Part shown: piece after piece, positions 61,579 to 64,000 of the stretch
How positions within the stretch are numbered: the first letter of the stretch is position 1
Layout: every line of letters starts with the position of its first letter
Source: an uncultured Gammaproteobacteria bacterium
GTDB taxonomy: Bacteria > Patescibacteriota > Patescibacteriia > Patescibacteriales > WJLG01
Length of the DNA stretch: 64,000 nucleotides
Reading direction: 5' to 3'
NCBI GenBank assembly: GCA_964395625.1
Contig: CAYNAR010000001.1
Span: 19-64,018 of the forward strand
Translations under genes and position numbers: made by a program
The notes under the pieces: generated by a model
Told to the model about the DNA's origin: nothing
What the model saw: only the letters and a program-made list of their open reading frames with translations
Databases searched by the model: none

Positions 61579-61866
61579 ATGAATATTGGCATTGATAAAA
61601 AGATTGGCGACAAGGGTAATTTTAAGGCTTTTGCCATAGCCTCGTCTTTATATGGCGGCTTATCGATGCTTGGTCCGATGATATTGTTCGGTGGAGGAGG
61701 CTATCTTTTGGATAAAAAGATAGAAACGGGCCACCTTTTTTTTATTTCCGGAATGATAGCGGCTTTTTTGGTTACCAATGTACTCCTTTTTAAAAAAGCC
61801 CTGTCTTTGACCAAGGAGATGGAAAAGCTTTCGCCGGCACCGGTCGAAGAGGAAGACGAAAATTAA
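61579..61866 (+). CDS. atpI: AtpZ/AtpI-like small membrane protein of the ATP synthase operon
   Basis: About 95 aa with two TM helices. First gene of the atp operon. Call based on position and topology. Confidence 0.55.
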   Translation: MNIGIDKKIGDKGNFKAFAIASSLYGGLSMLGPMILFGGGGYLLDKKIETGHLFFISGMIAAFLVTNVLLFKKALSLTKEMEKLSPAPVEEEDEN

Positions 61867-61876
61867 TCGATTTTTT

Positions 61877-62680
61877 ATGGATATCTCTCTATCGCCAGAG
61901 ATTTTATTTTATTTTCACGGATTTCCGGTAACCAATTCGTTTATCTGGATGCTGGTTTTGAGTTTTTCGATAATAGTATTCTCTTTGATTGTTACCAGGA
62001 GGCTTAAAATGGTGCCTTCTCGTGCGCAAAGTATTGTCGAATTGGTGTTCGAGGGTGGGTATGACATGGTGCTGGGGGTCGTTGGTAACAAGGAAAGGTC
62101 TCGCAAGGTTTTCCCGTACGTATTCACGATATTCGTTTTTGTGCTTTTGGCTAATCTGGTGACTCTCATTCCAGGTCAAAGCGCTTTTTTTGTGAAGAAA
62201 GCCGAAGGTACGGCACCGCTTTTTCGAGCCGTCATGGCCGACTATGGCCTAGTGTTCGTCATGACAATCGTCTCTGTTATAATAATGCAGGTAGTTACCA
62301 TTGCTGTCATGGGGCCTTTGGGTTATGTCGGAAAATTCATCAATATAAAGAACTTGTTGTTGTTTTTTAAATCTTTATCGGTTTTTCGTCCCAAATTCGG
62401 TCTTCTTGCGCAAGGCGCCTTGGATGTCTTTTTGGGTTTTATGGATTTAGTCGGCGAATTAGCCAAAGTGTTCTCCTTGTCTTTTCGTCTTTTTGGAAAT
62501 GTTTTCGCCGGAGAGGTGCTTGGAGCCGTCATGCTTTTCCTTTTGCCGTTTTTCGGCCCTCTACCTTTCCTTTTTCTGGGGCTTTTGAGCGCCTGCGTTC
62601 AAGCTTTCGTTTTTTCCGTCTTGACGTTGGTATTCGTTAACATAGCCAGTGAATCTGGTAATTCCAGTGATAAGAATTAA
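61877..62680 (+). CDS. atpB: F0F1 ATP synthase subunit a
   Basis: 267 aa. Essential-Arg motif LSFRLFGNVFAGE. Confidence 0.9.
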   Translation: MDISLSPEILFYFHGFPVTNSFIWMLVLSFSIIVFSLIVTRRLKMVPSRAQSIVELVFEGGYDMVLGVVGNKERSRKVFPYVFTIFVFVLLANLVTLIPGQSAFFVKKAEGTAPLFRAVMADYGLVFVMTIVSVIIMQVVTIAVMGPLGYVGKFINIKNLLLFFKSLSVFRPKFGLLAQGALDVFLGFMDLVGELAKVFSLSFRLFGNVFAGEVLGAVMLFLLPFFGPLPFLFLGLLSACVQAFVFSVLTLVFVNIASESGNSSDKN

Positions 62681-62698
62681 TTAATTAAAATAAAAAAT

Positions 62699-62926
62699 AT
62701 GGATCAAGAAGTTTTTAAATTGTTGGCCGCCGGCATCTGCATGGGCTTGGGTGCCATCGGCCCGGCTATCGGAGAAGGTTATATCGGCGCCAAGGCATTG
62801 GAGGGCATAAGCCGTAATCCGGAGGTTGCCGGAAAGATAACGCCATTGATGTTTGTTGCTATGGCTGTTACCGAATCGACCGGTATCTATGCCTTGGTCG
62901 TTTCTTTGATCATCCTCTTCGCTTAA
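62699..62926 (+). CDS. atpE: F0F1 ATP synthase subunit c
   Basis: 75 aa hairpin. GxGxGxG-like helix 1, RNPE loop, and ion-binding helix 2 AVTESTGIYALV. Confidence 0.95.
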   Translation: MDQEVFKLLAAGICMGLGAIGPAIGEGYIGAKALEGISRNPEVAGKITPLMFVAMAVTESTGIYALVVSLIILFA

Positions 62927-62989
62927 AAGGTTGAGGGGCGCTCCTTGTCTTTTGATTGGGGGCGAGGCTTAATCTTTTATTTTTGATAT

Positions 62990-63484
62990 ATGGGTTTAAT
63001 AGAAGTTTTAGGTATCGATTGGAGAGTCTTGATTGCGCAATTCTTCAATTTCGCAATTTTATTATTTGTCCTTTATAAATTCGCCTATCGTCCGATGTTT
63101 AAGATGTTGGACGAGAGAAGAAAGAAAATAGAGGATGGTATAGAGAATTCTTTACGGGCCGAGGAAAGATTGGCCAAGATAGAGGCTTCCGAGAAAAATA
63201 TAATCAAGAAAGCTAAGATGGAAGCCGCGGAGATAATAAAGAAAGCCAAGAACGATTCGGAGGAGATGAGAAAGATGGAACTGGCCAAGACAAAGGAGGA
63301 GATAGGAAAGATGATGAGTCAGGAGAGGGAGAATATGAGGATTGAGAAGACTAAGGTCCTGCGTGAGATAAACAAGGAAGTCTCCGGTTTGGTGTCTTTG
63401 GCCCTTGAGAGGGTTTTGGGTGAGAAATTCAGCGAAAAAAAGGATGAAGATTTTATAAAGAAAGTCATCACAAAAATAAAATAG
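62990..63484 (+). CDS. atpF: F0F1 ATP synthase subunit b
   Basis: 164 aa. N-terminal TM helix followed by a long charged helix. Confidence 0.85.
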   Translation: MGLIEVLGIDWRVLIAQFFNFAILLFVLYKFAYRPMFKMLDERRKKIEDGIENSLRAEERLAKIEASEKNIIKKAKMEAAEIIKKAKNDSEEMRKMELAKTKEEIGKMMSQERENMRIEKTKVLREINKEVSGLVSLALERVLGEKFSEKKDEDFIKKVITKIK

Positions 63485-63486
63485 TT

Positions 63487-63885
63487 ATGAAGGCTAATTC
63501 TAAACAGTATGCTAGAGCCCTCTTGGAGTCTTTGGAGAAGAGGTCGGGAAAGGAAAAGGAGATAGTAGAGCGTTTTTTTTCCCTTCTCGTGTCCGATGGC
63601 AAAATATCTTTGGTCGATGACGTCATCGAGTCTTTTAAGCGTCAATGGAATAATAAGAATGGTGTCATTGATGCGGAGTTCGTCTTTTCGCACTATCCTA
63701 GCGAGAAGACGATGAAGACGATTAAAAAAGTCGTAGCTGGTTTGTCGAAGGCTAAGAAGATAGGTTATGTAGAGTCTGTGGACAAGGATATCCTCGGTGG
63801 GATGGTGTTGCGTTATGGCGATAAGGTGCTGGATTTAAGTTTGAAGAATAGGCTCGAGGAGTTGAAAGCGGATTTAAGCGATTAA
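63487..63885 (+). CDS. atpH: F0F1 ATP synthase subunit delta (short, 132 aa)
   Basis: OSCP-like N-terminus KQYARALLESL. C-terminal ILGGMVLRYGDKVLDLSLKNRL. Position between atpF and atpA. Confidence 0.8.
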   Translation: MKANSKQYARALLESLEKRSGKEKEIVERFFSLLVSDGKISLVDDVIESFKRQWNNKNGVIDAEFVFSHYPSEKTMKTIKKVVAGLSKAKKIGYVESVDKDILGGMVLRYGDKVLDLSLKNRLEELKADLSD

Positions 63886-63918
63886 TTTTTTTCATCATTC
63901 ATTCATTATTTTAAAAAT

Positions 63919-64000
63919 ATGTCCGATATAAAAGATTTCGTTGTCGAAGAGATAAAAAAGAAGATCGCCGATTTCAAGTCGGCTCCGAAGGAGAAGAATT
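63919..64000 (+). CDS. atpA: F0F1 ATP synthase subunit alpha, 5' fragment (runs off the window)
   Basis: The ATG at 63919 gives MSDIKDFVVEEIKKKIADFKSAPKEKN. Called by operon position and an AtpA-like N-terminus. Confidence 0.65.
   Translation, partial: MSDIKDFVVEEIKKKIADFKSAPKEKN

Noticed and set aside
1-64000. Scanned the whole window for CRISPR arrays, rRNA, IS elements or transposases, integrases, toxin-antitoxin pairs and known defence genes.
   Set aside because: No regularly spaced direct repeats were found. I recognised no rRNA-like conserved blocks and no DDE, tyrosine- or serine-recombinase, HEPN, PIN or nuclease-helicase defence signatures in any ORF. Their absence is judged by eye only.

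Overview
This is a 64-kb bacterial chromosomal segment read with the standard genetic code. Intergenic DNA is AT-rich, with consensus sigma70-type promoters (TTGACA-17-TATAAT, often TGn-extended) and many clean rho-independent terminators. The gene content looks like a Candidate Phyla Radiation (Patescibacteria)-type genome, but that taxonomic guess is inference only. It rests on domain-minimised housekeeping enzymes, a complete type IV pilus locus plus ComF, FtsA/FtsZ, an F1Fo ATPase operon, only fragments of glycolysis, and many secreted, lipoprotein or membrane ORFs with no recognisable family. I call 67 protein-coding genes. Two are under 60 aa and absent from the ORF track: rpmG (19807-19962) and a 58-aa ferredoxin (56923-57099). 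I also call one tRNA-Trp(CCA), a ribosomal L10 leader, and several promoters and terminators. I saw no rRNA, CRISPR array, transposase, integrase or recognisable defence or toxin genes. The most unusual items are: (1) A GC-rich, structured, non-coding ~370-nt module lies just downstream of tRNA-Trp. It carries a 124-nt tandem duplication and is bracketed by direct and inverted copies of the tRNA 3' end. It could be a miniature or decayed integrative element, or an undescribed sRNA. (2) A ~150-bp three-way-junction inverted-repeat element sits at 8065-8214. (3) A ~225-nt promoter-leader-terminator unit with a 6-codon mini-ORF precedes an unknown 159-aa gene. (4) The pilus locus has a receiver domain between pilB and a PilT-like ATPase with a degenerate His box, two old paralogous pilins, and a Wzy_C/TPR protein that may glycosylate pilin. 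(5) The ATP synthase c subunit carries a two-carboxylate Na+-type ion-binding signature. All family calls come from motif recognition by eye; no database search was run.
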